Shown here: piece by piece, positions 20,969-31,260 of the stretch
Position numbering within the stretch: position 1 is the first letter of the stretch
How the letters are laid out: every line of letters begins with the position of its first letter
NCBI GenBank assembly: GCA_009602735.1
Contig: WELA01002708.1
Coordinates: forward strand, 124,001 to 188,000
Direction: 5' to 3'
DNA length: 64,000 bases
Source: Mesotaenium endlicherianum
Taxonomy: Eukaryota
Notes under the pieces: model-generated
What the model was told of the DNA's origin: nothing
What the model saw: only the letters and a program-made list of their open reading frames with translations
Databases searched by the model: none
Translations under genes and position numbers: made by a program

Positions 20969-21140
20969 CAGTAGTATTTTGAGTACATTATTTATACAAT
21001 TAAAATTGCAGATAAATTATAATCCAGAACTTTAACAATCCGGTCGAAGGTTCAGGTAATACATTGTATAACAGGGAATAATCATTTACCAATGAGTTCT
21101 TGTATAGCAATTGACGCCCGGATTGATAAAACAAATATTA

Positions 21141-22457
21141 ATGATGACGACTGTTTTGTATCGGATAGCATTCATTATATGCCTTACAAGTGCCGCCTTC
21201 TGCTCACAGGCGCAGAATCAACCCCTCATTTCTCCCGTTAAGGTAGACAGCACAGCTATCTCCCTGGATTCTGCCGAGCAGATTTTTTTAAGAAATAACC
21301 TACTGTTGCTGGCGCAACGCTATAATATCGACGCACAGAAGGCGTTGATCATCCAGGCGAAGCTTTGGCCCAATCCCAACCTCGCTTATGCACGTGGCCC
21401 CATATTCGGCATTCACGATCAATTTTCCAATGTGGTGAACGCCGGTTTTTTCAATTATGCCGAAAACACCGCAGCCATATCGCAACTGATCTTACTGGCC
21501 GGCAAAAGGAATAAGCAGATCAAGCTTGCTGAAGCCAATGTAAAGCTGGCTGAATACCAGTTTTACGATCTGCTGCGCACACTGAAATACACTTTGCGTA
21601 CCGATTTCTTCAATATCTATTACCTGCAGCAATCGGCCAAAGTGTACAACAAAGAGATCAGCGCTATGCAGCAGGTAGTAACCGCTTTTGAATCGCAACA
21701 AGGCAAGGGATACATTGCAGAGAAAGAAGTAGTGCGTATCAAAGCGCAGCTTTACAGCCTGCAAAGCGAGTACAACGACCTCATTAACCAGATCAATGAT
21801 ACGCAAAGCGAACTGAGACTGGTGATGCAGGTTAAAAACCTGTATATATCGCCCATTGTTGATACACAAAAAAACGCCGCGCTCGACCCGGCCGCGTACA
21901 GTCTGACTACGTTGGTAGATACTGCTTTCAAAAGCCGTACTGACCTGAAGATCGCACGCGCCAATACCCAGATCAGCAAGCTGAACTACAATTACCAAAA
22001 AGCACTGGCGGTGCCTGATTTAACGGCTTCATTAGGGTACGACCGGTTAGGTAGTTATGTACAGAATTTCCATTCGGTAGGCGTTTCCATGGACCTGCCC
22101 ATTTTCAACAGGAACCAGGGCAATATCAAATCGGCCAAAGCGATGATACAGGTGAACCAGACTACTGAAAAAAGCGTGGAGGCTTCGGTGGAAGAACAGC
22201 TATACAGGGCGCTGCAAAAAGCGTATGACAACAACAAACTGTATAAGAACATCGACCCAAAATTCTCCGGCGATTTCGACAGGCTGCTGAATGAAGTGCT
22301 GATCAACTACCAGCGCCGCAACATTGGCCTGCTGGATTTCCTGGATTTTTACGATGCCTATAAATCGAATATCCTCCAGATCAATTCCATCCAGTTCAAC
22401 AGGATAAGCGCGTTTGAAGACATCAACTTTTATACAGGAACTAATTTTTATAACTAG
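21141..22457 (+). CDS. TolC/CzcC family outer-membrane efflux protein, copy 2
   Basis: Long identical stretches with 14806..16116; ATG at 21141 gives a plausible signal peptide. Confidence 0.93.
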   Translation: MMTTVLYRIAFIICLTSAAFCSQAQNQPLISPVKVDSTAISLDSAEQIFLRNNLLLLAQRYNIDAQKALIIQAKLWPNPNLAYARGPIFGIHDQFSNVVNAGFFNYAENTAAISQLILLAGKRNKQIKLAEANVKLAEYQFYDLLRTLKYTLRTDFFNIYYLQQSAKVYNKEISAMQQVVTAFESQQGKGYIAEKEVVRIKAQLYSLQSEYNDLINQINDTQSELRLVMQVKNLYISPIVDTQKNAALDPAAYSLTTLVDTAFKSRTDLKIARANTQISKLNYNYQKALAVPDLTASLGYDRLGSYVQNFHSVGVSMDLPIFNRNQGNIKSAKAMIQVNQTTEKSVEASVEEQLYRALQKAYDNNKLYKNIDPKFSGDFDRLLNEVLINYQRRNIGLLDFLDFYDAYKSNILQINSIQFNRISAFEDINFYTGTNFYN

Positions 22458-22483
22458 ATCACCTACTACCAGAAATATTTTTT

Positions 22484-23593
22484 ATGCAAAAGAAAATGCA
22501 ATCATCTTTTATCACCACCGGTATCCTGATATTAGCCGCCGCGATCGGAATGCAGTCATGCAAATCTAACAATGAAGGCAAGGCCGAAGAAAGGGAAAAA
22601 TATGTGATACCCGATTCTATTTTTAAAACACTGGTGGTAGATACGGTTTCGACTGCTCCGTTTGTGAACTCACTTACTTTAACAGGTAAAGTGTCGTTCA
22701 ATGAAGACAATGTAGTGAAGATCTATCCCATGGTGAGTGGTAATGTACAAGACATCAAAGTGGCGCTGGGCGATTATGTGCAGGCCGGACAAACGCTGGC
22801 TGTTATCAAAAGTTCTGAAATGGCCGGCTTCAGCAATGACTTGGTGAATGCTGAAACCAACCTGCGGGTAGCCAAAAAGAACCTCGATGCCACGCAGGAT
22901 ATGTTTACAAGCGGACTCGCATCGCAGAAAGACCTGCTGGCGGCCGAAGCGGCACATGAGCAGGCCAAATCGGAACTGGCCCGTATCAACCGTGTGCTGA
23001 AGATCAATGGCGGAAATACACAAGGCGAATACGTGGTAAAAGCGCCGATCAGCGGTTTCATCGTGGAGAAGTTTGCCACCAACAATATGGCCATCCGGTC
23101 TGACAACGGCGGCAACATGTTTACTATTTCAGACCTGAAAAATGTTTGGGTACAAGCCAATGTGTATGAATCCAATATCAGCCTTATTCACCTGGGTGAG
23201 AACGTAGACGTTACTACCCTCGCCTACCCCAAGAAAGTGTTCAAAGGCAAGGTAGATAAGATGCTGAACGTGCTCGACCCTAACAACAAAGTAATGAAAG
23301 TGCGCGTGGTATTAGCCAACCAGGATTATATGCTGAAGCCGGAAATGTTTGCGAGTGTTACCCTTACCAATAGGGAAAACAAAGAAAACATCGCCATCCC
23401 TACCAGCGCCCTGATATTCGATCACAGTCAGTATTATGTGCTGGTGTACCACAGCAAATCGGATGTACGGATCACTCCTGTTAAATTCATCAATACAGTA
23501 GGCGATAAAACCTTCATCTCTTCAGGCGTCGACAAAGGCGACAAGATCATTGCGTCTCAGGCTTTGTTGATCTATGGGTCTTTAAATAACTAA
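22484..23593 (+). CDS. RND periplasmic adaptor lipoprotein, copy 2
   Basis: Paralogue of 16147..17256, same length (369 aa). Confidence 0.93.
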   Translation: MQKKMQSSFITTGILILAAAIGMQSCKSNNEGKAEEREKYVIPDSIFKTLVVDTVSTAPFVNSLTLTGKVSFNEDNVVKIYPMVSGNVQDIKVALGDYVQAGQTLAVIKSSEMAGFSNDLVNAETNLRVAKKNLDATQDMFTSGLASQKDLLAAEAAHEQAKSELARINRVLKINGGNTQGEYVVKAPISGFIVEKFATNNMAIRSDNGGNMFTISDLKNVWVQANVYESNISLIHLGENVDVTTLAYPKKVFKGKVDKMLNVLDPNNKVMKVRVVLANQDYMLKPEMFASVTLTNRENKENIAIPTSALIFDHSQYYVLVYHSKSDVRITPVKFINTVGDKTFISSGVDKGDKIIASQALLIYGSLNN

Positions 23594-23610
23594 CATTAAA
23601 ATCAGTTGAG

Positions 23611-26600
23611 ATGAATAAATTTCTGAAAGGCGTCATAGCTTTTTCACTGAAGAATAAATACTTCATTTTATTTGTTTCGGTGTTGCTGGTGATCGTGGGT
23701 GTGATCACGTTCCGTGATATGCCCATTGAAGCATTCCCCGATGTTACCAATACCGAGATCAGTATCATTACACAATGGCCGGGCAGAAGTGCTGAGGAGG
23801 TGGAAAAATTTATTACCATCCCTGTAGAAATTGCCATGAATCCGGTTCAACGAAAAATGAGCCTGCGTTCCAGCAGTATATTCGGACTGTCTTTTGTTAA
23901 GCTGATCTTTGAAGACGGCGTAAAAGACCCCGAGGCGCGCCAGCAAGTAATGAACCTGCTGGGTAATGCCAACCTGCCCAATGGTATTTCCCCTTCAGTG
24001 CAACCGCCTACCGGTCCCACCGGAGAGATCTACCGTTACACCCTGCGCAGTGACCTCCGCGATGAGCGCGAACTGAAAACCATGCAGGACTGGGTCATCG
24101 ACAGGCGCCTGCGGGCTGTACCTGGTGTAGCCGATATCGTGAGCTTTGGCGGCCGTACCAAAACCTATGAAATACAGGTGGATCCCGGTAAATTATACAA
24201 TCTCGGTATCACGCCTCTGGATGTGTTCAACGCCGTTCAAAAAAGCAATATCAATATCGGCGGTGATGTGATCATACAGAACAACCAGGCCTATGTAGTA
24301 AGAGGTATTGGGTTGCTCGACAATATCAACGAGATCAAGAACATCATCGTTGAAACCAATAATGGAGTACCCGTATTGGTGAAGGATGTAGCTACTGTGG
24401 AGATATCCAATATGCCCCGCCTGGGACACGTGAGCCGTTCCGACGCTATTGTTGATTCGGCCGGTCACCGCACCAGTACCGATGAGGCCGATGTGGTAGA
24501 AGCCATTATCCTGATGCGCAAAGGAGAGAATCCTTCGAAAGTAGTAGATGCGGTGAAAGAGCAGATCAAAAAACTGAATACTACTGTATTGCCGCAGGAT
24601 ACGAAAATTGTTCCCTATTACGATCGTGCCGACCTGATCTCCTATGCCACGCATACAGTATTGCACAACCTTACAGAAGGTATACTGCTGGTTACCCTGT
24701 TGGTGTCGTTGTTCATGTTCAACTGGCGTACCACATTGATCGTATCGATCATCATTCCTATGGCCTTGCTGTTTGCCTTTATCTGCCTGCGGTTGATGGG
24801 GATGAGCGCCAACCTCCTGTCGCTCGGCGCTGTGGACTTTGGTATCATCATCGACGGTGCGGTGGTGATGGTGGAAGGCATGTTCGTGATACTCGATCAT
24901 AAAGCGCGGGACATGGGCATGGAACGTTTCAATAAGATCACCAAAATGGGCATCATCAAAAACAGCGGCGGACAACTGGCCAAAGCTATTTTCTATGCCA
25001 AAGTGATTATCATCACAGGGCTCCTACCCATTTTCGCTTTCCAGAAAGTAGAGGGTAAGATGTTCTCACCCCTGGCCTATACCCTTGGCTTCGCTTTGTT
25101 GGGTGCGCTGATCACCACGCTTACACTGGTGCCGGTGCTCATCAATATGCTGCTGCGCAAGAACGTGCACGAAAAACACAATCCCATCGTGCATCATCTC
25201 ACCGGCTTCATGCTGAATGGTTTTGCACTGGCATTCAAGAGAAGAAAACTGGTCATTCCGCTGGCTTTTTTAGTGATGTGTTTCGGCCTCTATTCTTTCA
25301 GACACCTGGGTACTGAATTCCTTCCCGAGCTGAACGAAGGATCGATCTGGCTCAGGGTGCAGTTACCTTATAGTGTATCGCTCGACAAATCGGTAGAAAT
25401 ATCCAAACAGGTTAGGGATATATTGATATCATTCCCGCAGGTGAAACACGCTGTATCGCAAACGGGCCGTCCGGATGATGGCACCGATGTAACCGGGTTT
25501 TACAACAATGAATTCGATGTGATATTGTATCCCAGCGAAGACTGGAAGCCGAAAATTTCCAAAGAAGAATTGATAGACCAGATGAATGCCAAACTATCGG
25601 TGATCCCAGGAGTCAACCTCAACTTCTCGCAACCCATCATGGATAATGTGGAAGAAGCGGTATCGGGTGTAAAAGGTTCTATCTGTGTGAAGGTATATGG
25701 CGATTCATTGGATTATATGGAGGGAAAGATCAACGATGTGTACAATATCTTAAAGAAAGTAAAAGGTATTGAAGACCTCGGCGTTATCCGTAACATTGGC
25801 CAGCCGGAGCTGGACATCAACCTCGATCAACAGAAGATGGCGCTCTATGGTGTGGCTACGGCCGATGCCAACGCCGTCATTGCCATGGCCATCGGCGGAC
25901 AAACCGCTTCTACTCTTTATGAAGGCATCAAAACCTTTGATATCCGTTTACGCCTGCCGGAAGCATTCAGGAAAACACCGGATGATATCGGCAACCTGTT
26001 GGTGCCTACGCAATCGGGCTCCAAAGTGCCGATCAAAGAGATCGCCTCCATCTCAGAAAAAACCGGCCCCTGCCTGATCTTCCGCGACGACAACGAACGC
26101 TATTCTGCGCTCAAGTTCTCTATACGCGGAAGAGATATGGGAAGCACCATTGCCGAAAGCCAGGAAAAAGTGAACGCCAAAGTGCAGGTGAAAAGAGGTT
26201 ATCGCATGGCATGGCAGGGTGATTTTGAGAACGAACAGCGTGCTTCAAAAAGACTGGCCATGGTAGTGCCCATCAGCCTGTTGCTGATATTCCTTCTACT
26301 GTTTACCATGTTCGGGAATTTCAAAGACGCGGGTCTGGTCTTCCTCAACGTACCCTTTGCGATTGTGGGAGGTATATTCGCCCTGCACCTTACGAATACG
26401 AACTTCAGTATCTCTGCGGGTATCGGTTTCATTGCCCTGTTCGGTATTTGTATACAGGATGGTGTGTTGCTGATTACGGTATTCAAACAGAACCTCGATC
26501 ACATCAAAGGGCAAACGGCATCGCTGTACAATGCTATTAAGCTGGGAGTGAATTCGCGGATACGACCTGTAATGATGACGGCGCTGATGGCGGCGATCGG

Positions 26601-26802
26601 TCTCTTCCCTGCCGCCATTTCTCATGGCATCGGTTCGGAAAGCTCCAGGCCCCTGGCCAGAGTGGTGATCGGAGGTATTCTCTGCGCCATGATCTTCTCA
26701 CTGTGGGTATTCCCGCTGATCTTCAGATTGGCCTACAAAAATGTAGACACCAAACATGTGGATCCTGCAGAAACTGCAAATGGAACAACCCCTATAAATT
26801 AA
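23611..26802 (+). CDS. CusA/CzcA family heavy-metal efflux RND transporter, copy 2
   Basis: DFGIIIDGAVVMVEG motif; paralogue of 17277..20468, both 1063 aa. Confidence 0.95.
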   Translation: MNKFLKGVIAFSLKNKYFILFVSVLLVIVGVITFRDMPIEAFPDVTNTEISIITQWPGRSAEEVEKFITIPVEIAMNPVQRKMSLRSSSIFGLSFVKLIFEDGVKDPEARQQVMNLLGNANLPNGISPSVQPPTGPTGEIYRYTLRSDLRDERELKTMQDWVIDRRLRAVPGVADIVSFGGRTKTYEIQVDPGKLYNLGITPLDVFNAVQKSNINIGGDVIIQNNQAYVVRGIGLLDNINEIKNIIVETNNGVPVLVKDVATVEISNMPRLGHVSRSDAIVDSAGHRTSTDEADVVEAIILMRKGENPSKVVDAVKEQIKKLNTTVLPQDTKIVPYYDRADLISYATHTVLHNLTEGILLVTLLVSLFMFNWRTTLIVSIIIPMALLFAFICLRLMGMSANLLSLGAVDFGIIIDGAVVMVEGMFVILDHKARDMGMERFNKITKMGIIKNSGGQLAKAIFYAKVIIITGLLPIFAFQKVEGKMFSPLAYTLGFALLGALITTLTLVPVLINMLLRKNVHEKHNPIVHHLTGFMLNGFALAFKRRKLVIPLAFLVMCFGLYSFRHLGTEFLPELNEGSIWLRVQLPYSVSLDKSVEISKQVRDILISFPQVKHAVSQTGRPDDGTDVTGFYNNEFDVILYPSEDWKPKISKEELIDQMNAKLSVIPGVNLNFSQPIMDNVEEAVSGVKGSICVKVYGDSLDYMEGKINDVYNILKKVKGIEDLGVIRNIGQPELDINLDQQKMALYGVATADANAVIAMAIGGQTASTLYEGIKTFDIRLRLPEAFRKTPDDIGNLLVPTQSGSKVPIKEIASISEKTGPCLIFRDDNERYSALKFSIRGRDMGSTIAESQEKVNAKVQVKRGYRMAWQGDFENEQRASKRLAMVVPISLLLIFLLLFTMFGNFKDAGLVFLNVPFAIVGGIFALHLTNTNFSISAGIGFIALFGICIQDGVLLITVFKQNLDHIKGQTASLYNAIKLGVNSRIRPVMMTALMAAIGLFPAAISHGIGSESSRPLARVVIGGILCAMIFSLWVFPLIFRLAYKNVDTKHVDPAETANGTTPIN

Positions 26803-26853
26803 TCCTCATCCCCATGTTGAAACATGGGGCAAAGTTAGGAGGATGTTTTTAAT

Positions 26854-26885
26854 AAAAAAGGAGGCCATTCACCTCCTTTTTTTTA
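26854..26885. terminator. Bidirectional terminator between the convergent RND 2 and iscA genes
   Basis: AAAAAAGGAGG-loop-CCTCCTTTTTTTT; an extra hairpin CCCCATGTT-GA-AACATGGGG at 26810-26829. Confidence 0.82.
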
Positions 26886-26901
26886 TTTCATTCAGAAAGG
26901 A

Positions 26902-27249
26902 TTATACTGCGAAGGAAGTGCCGCAGCCACAGGTTTTGCTGGCATTGGGATTGCTGAAAGTGAATCCTCGGCTGTTGAGTCCGCCTTGCCAGTCCACCTC
27001 CATTCCGTGCAGGTATAACTGGTGACTCTTGTTCATGATGCAGGGAATGCCTCCGAGTTCAAATGACATATCACTGGCATCGGGGTGGTCAAAACCCAGC
27101 ACATAAGTCATGCCACTGCATCCGCCGCCTTTTACGCCAATACGCAATTGTTGGCTGTGGTCAAACCCGGCTTCTCCCATTAAACGTTTCAATTCTTCAA
27201 TGGCGCCTTCTGTTAAGGTCACCGGAGGTATTGTTGCTATCGTTTCCAT
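26902..27249 (-). CDS. iscA: Fe-S cluster assembly accessory protein (IscA/HesB family); start moved to METIA
   Basis: LRIGVKGGGCSG...FSNPNASKTCGCGTSF. Confidence 0.92.
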   Translation of the reverse strand: METIATIPPVTLTEGAIEELKRLMGEAGFDHSQQLRIGVKGGGCSGMTYVLGFDHPDASDMSFELGGIPCIMNKSHQLYLHGMEVDWQGGLNSRGFTFSNPNASKTCGCGTSFAV

Positions 27250-27333
27250 ACTCATCTTTTGTATATGCAAATATACGAAACCTTCTATTCTCCAACTACC
27301 GCCATACAACCTTACTTTTGCCAAAAACAACCG

Positions 27334-27837
27334 ATGCTCGATACCACCATCCTTTTTACCGTGATCATCGCCCTCATGATCGCTGCATTCCTGGCCTGGC
27401 TGTTCTACCTGCAACGAAAGAACAAAAGAGAAGAGCTGAAAAATAAATCCAACAGCAGTTCCCTGCCCTTGCAGGCTTATGAACGCCTGACCCTGCTGGT
27501 TGACCGTATTGCCATTCCCAACCTGGTGAGCCGTACCAATACCGGCGGACTTACCGCGCAGGAAATGCAACTGATACTGATTAAAACCATTCGTGATGAA
27601 TTTGATTATAATGTAACGCAACAGATTTACGTGAGCCGGGAAGCATGGAATGCGGTGAAGCAATTAAAAGAAAAGAACCTGCTGCTCATCAACCAGGTGG
27701 CCAATGCGCTTCCTGCCAACGCTACGGGACAGGAACTGAACCGGTCATTGTTGCAATACCTGATGCAAGACCCTAAAGCAGATTTTCACGAGATCGTAAG
27801 CGAAGCGCTGAGTTATGAAGCCAAAAAGTTGTTATGA
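27334..27837 (+). CDS. Conserved hypothetical protein with N-terminal TM anchor
   Basis: LQAYERLTL...RI...[13 protein letters not shown]...W motif; TACTTTTG box upstream; ATGA overlap with the mutase gene. Confidence 0.8.
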   Translation: MLDTTILFTVIIALMIAAFLAWLFYLQRKNKREELKNKSNSSSLPLQAYERLTLLVDRIAIPNLVSRTNTGGLTAQEMQLILIKTIRDEFDYNVTQQIYVSREAWNAVKQLKEKNLLLINQVANALPANATGQELNRSLLQYLMQDPKADFHEIVSEALSYEAKKLL

Positions 27838-29396
27838 GTGAAAAAAAATTAACCACCGATAGCGGCATAGCCATACAGAAAGTCTATTACCCTTCTGATG
27901 TGCCGCAGGGAGAAGCGAATGAGCATCCTGGTGAGTATCCTTATACCCGCGGCGTGCAGGCCGATATGTACCGGGGCAAGCTGTGGACCATGCGACAGTA
28001 TGCAGGTTTTTCCACCGCTGAAGAAAGTAATAAAAGATATCATTACCTGTTGTCGCAAGGTGTGATGGGATTAAGCGTTGCTTTTGATCTCCCCACACAG
28101 ATCGGGTACGACAGTGATCATCCGCTTGCCGAAGGCGAAGTAGGGAAAGTGGGTGTTGCCATCGACAGCCTGGAAGACATGGAAACTTTGTTCAAAGGTA
28201 TTCGGCTGGAAGATGTGAGTACTTCCATGACCATCAATGCCACCGGTTTTATATTGCTGGCATTTTATGTTGCACTCGCTAAAAAACAGGGAGCCGATCT
28301 GAAAAAGATCACCGGCACCATCCAGAATGATATCCTGAAAGAGTATGCAGCCAGGGGCACTTATATCTACCCGCCCCAACCATCCATGCGCATCATCACC
28401 GATATTTTTGAATGGTGCAGCCGGGAACTGCCCCGCTGGAATACCATCTCCATATCAGGTTATCATATCAGGGAAGCCGGGAGTACCGCCGTTCAGGAGA
28501 TCGCTTTTACCCTCAGCAATGGTAAAGCTTATGTTCAGGCAGCACTTGAAAAAGGACTGGATATCAATGTGTTTGGAAAACGATTGTCTTTCTTCTTCAA
28601 TGCCCATAACCACTTGTTCGAGGAAGTGGCCAAATTCAGGGCTGCCCGCAGGATGTGGGCGAAAATGATGAAAGAACTCGGCGCTACCGATGAAAAAGCC
28701 ATGATGCTCCGCTTCCATACCCAAACCGGCGGCGCTACCCTAACAGCCCAGCAGCCTCTCAACAACATCAGCCGGGTAACCATACAAACCCTGGCAGCTG
28801 TATTGGGTGGTACACAAAGTCTGCATACAAACGGGTACGACGAAGCTCTCAGCCTCCCTACCGAAGAAGCGGCCCGCATTGCGTTGCGAACACAGCAGAT
28901 CGTTGCGTTTGAAAGCGGCGCTCCTGATACGGTGGATCCGCTGGCCGGCAGTTATTTTATGGAATCACTTACAGCAGAAGTAGAAGCCAAAGCCTGGGAA
29001 TTGGTGCACAAGATCGATGCGCTCGGCGGAAGCGTGCACGCCATTGAACAGGGATTCATGCAGGATGAGATTGCGCGAAGCGCTTATGAATACCAGCGGC
29101 ATATTGAAAGCGGCGAAAAGATCATTGTAGGTGTAAACAAATTCACTGTTGATAAAGAAGAACCCGTTCCCGGTTTCAAGATCGACGATACCATTCGCAC
29201 TGTTCAGACAGAAAAACTGAAACGTTTAAAAGCAAAGCGGGATAACGAAAAAGTACAGGCCTGCCTGGCCAACATCCATACGGCTGCCCATGGCAACGAT
29301 AACCTGCTGCCATGGGTAATTGAAGCCGTAGAACAAGATTGTACGCTGGGCGAAATTGCAGACACCCTGCGTAAGGTCTTTGGAGAGTATAAATAA
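27834..29396 (+). CDS. Methylmalonyl-CoA mutase, substrate-binding (large) subunit without the B12-binding domain
   Basis: [53 protein letters not shown]; no DxHxxG motif. Confidence 0.93.
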   Translation: MSEKKLTTDSGIAIQKVYYPSDVPQGEANEHPGEYPYTRGVQADMYRGKLWTMRQYAGFSTAEESNKRYHYLLSQGVMGLSVAFDLPTQIGYDSDHPLAEGEVGKVGVAIDSLEDMETLFKGIRLEDVSTSMTINATGFILLAFYVALAKKQGADLKKITGTIQNDILKEYAARGTYIYPPQPSMRIITDIFEWCSRELPRWNTISISGYHIREAGSTAVQEIAFTLSNGKAYVQAALEKGLDINVFGKRLSFFFNAHNHLFEEVAKFRAARRMWAKMMKELGATDEKAMMLRFHTQTGGATLTAQQPLNNISRVTIQTLAAVLGGTQSLHTNGYDEALSLPTEEAARIALRTQQIVAFESGAPDTVDPLAGSYFMESLTAEVEAKAWELVHKIDALGGSVHAIEQGFMQDEIARSAYEYQRHIESGEKIIVGVNKFTVDKEEPVPGFKIDDTIRTVQTEKLKRLKAKRDNEKVQACLANIHTAAHGNDNLLPWVIEAVEQDCTLGEIADTLRKVFGEYK

Positions 29397-29398
29397 TA

Positions 29399-29836
29399 TC
29401 AGCTGAGTACCACGATCAATGCATAGATCACGCCGGGGATCCAGAACAGCAAAGTAAGCACCAGGCTTAACCAGAATTTGCCGTTGATAACCCCTTCTTT
29501 CAGGTAAACAGCCAATGGAGGCAACAATACAGCCAGGATGGCAAGCAACACTGTATTCGTGCTGGGTTCCCCGCTCGCCTTTTTAGCTGCTTTGTATTCC
29601 TTGATCATCATTTTGGCTTCGGCTACACGCGCCTTTCTGTCAACCCTTGATAAACTTTTGAATTCACGGATCGCATCGGTAACGACCACATCGTTGAACT
29701 TGATTTCTTTGTCGGGAGCAGCAGCAGCGTCCTTTGTTGTTTTTTCCGGATCCGTTGTAGCTACAACAGCGGCAGCATAACTGCTGGTAAGACCTAATTG
29801 AGCAATAAGAAATGTGCAGAGGAGCATTCTTTTCAT
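29399..29836 (-). CDS. YqaE/Pmp3 family membrane protein with N-terminal signal and helical extension
   Basis: ILAVLLPPLAVYL...LTLLFWIPGVIYAL. Confidence 0.9.
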   Translation of the reverse strand: MKRMLLCTFLIAQLGLTSSYAAAVVATTDPEKTTKDAAAAPDKEIKFNDVVVTDAIREFKSLSRVDRKARVAEAKMMIKEYKAAKKASGEPSTNTVLLAILAVLLPPLAVYLKEGVINGKFWLSLVLTLLFWIPGVIYALIVVLS

Positions 29837-29956
29837 AAGATTGGTTTTAGAGATGCTAAATAAAGCTTCACTAATATAAGCAAAACCCATGATATTCAAA
29901 ATGAATTCTGATTATATTAGTGTTACATTCATCTTTTATTATCAGACCCCCATAAA

Positions 29957-31255
29957 ATGTTCCGCATGAGAAAAAAGACCTTGGTTATTTTCCTGTTTTT
30001 TGCATCTGCCGTTTCTGCGCAACAGATGCCCGCGAATTACTCCAAATTAGTGACAGATGTGACGCCTAAAGTTGTTGAATGGCGCCGTTATTTTCATGAA
30101 CATCCCGAATTATCCAACCGGGAAGTCAATACAGGTGCCTATATAGCCAGTTATTTAAAATCGTTGGGATTGGAAGTGAAGTCCCCTATTGCCCGTACCG
30201 GTGTAGTAGCTGTTTTAAAAGGCGGCCGCCCGGGTCCGGTGGTGGCATTGCGCGCCGATATTGATGCCTTGCCGGTAACAGAACGTACCCCTGTTCCCTT
30301 TGCTTCTAAAGTAACCACTTCTTACGGCGGACAAACCGTAGGCGTTATGCATGCGTGCGGTCATGATTCACATATTGCTATGCTGATGGGTACTGCTACC
30401 GTTCTGAAACAAATGCAGCAACAGGTACCGGGCACTGTGGTATTCCTGTTCCAGCCTGCCGAAGAAGGCGCTCCCGGTACCGAAGAAGGCGGTGCACCCC
30501 TGATGATCAAAGAAGGGGCGCTGGACAATCCCAAAGTAGAAGCGGTATTCGGATTACACATCGCTGCCAGCATACCCGTAGGGGAAATCTGGTATAAATC
30601 CGGCGCTTTCATGGCTTCCTCCGATTGGTTTACCATCAAAGTGAAAGGCCGTGGTGCGCATGGCTCTGCACCCTGGATGGGTATTGATCCGATTACCACC
30701 GCTGCTCAGATCATCGAAGGCCTGCAGCATATTGTGAGCCGCGAGTCAGATATTACAAAGGCGCCTGTTGTAGTCAGCGTAGGCGCTATTCATTCAGGCG
30801 TGCGCAGCAACATCATTCCCGAAACATGCGAAATGATCGGCACCATTCGCACGCTCGACAGCAAAATGCAGAAAGAAGTGCATGAACGTATCAAAAACAC
30901 GGCAGAACATATTGCCGCCAGTTGTGGCGCTACTGCTGAAGTAACCATCGAAACGAAAACACTGGTTACTTATAACGATCCTGCATTGGTGAAGAAAACC
31001 CTTTCTTCTTTGGTAACTGCCGCCGGTGCAGATAAGACAAAAGAAATGAACTGGATCACCGGCTCTGAAGATTTTTCCTATTACGGAGAGAAAGTACCTG
31101 CTTTCTTTTTCGACCTGGGTGCATTACCCAAGGGCAAGGATCCGAAAACAGCGCCTTCACATCATACAGCCGATTTCTATATCGATGAAAGCGGTTTTGA
31201 TGTAGGTGTAAAAGCATTCTGCCAATTGGTTTTCGATTACGCCAAAACCAAATAA
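29957..31255 (+). CDS. Secreted M20D family amidohydrolase
   Basis: HPELS, LRADIDALP, MHACGHD, FQPAEEG, SEDFS motifs. Confidence 0.95.
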   Translation: MFRMRKKTLVIFLFFASAVSAQQMPANYSKLVTDVTPKVVEWRRYFHEHPELSNREVNTGAYIASYLKSLGLEVKSPIARTGVVAVLKGGRPGPVVALRADIDALPVTERTPVPFASKVTTSYGGQTVGVMHACGHDSHIAMLMGTATVLKQMQQQVPGTVVFLFQPAEEGAPGTEEGGAPLMIKEGALDNPKVEAVFGLHIAASIPVGEIWYKSGAFMASSDWFTIKVKGRGAHGSAPWMGIDPITTAAQIIEGLQHIVSRESDITKAPVVVSVGAIHSGVRSNIIPETCEMIGTIRTLDSKMQKEVHERIKNTAEHIAASCGATAEVTIETKTLVTYNDPALVKKTLSSLVTAAGADKTKEMNWITGSEDFSYYGEKVPAFFFDLGALPKGKDPKTAPSHHTADFYIDESGFDVGVKAFCQLVFDYAKTK

Positions 31256-31260
31256 CTGCA

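Noticed and set aside
27250..27663. N-terminal extension making IscA 253 aa
   Set aside because: Overlaps the divergent gene at 27334; a promoter box and ATG at 27249/27255 give a normal-sized IscA
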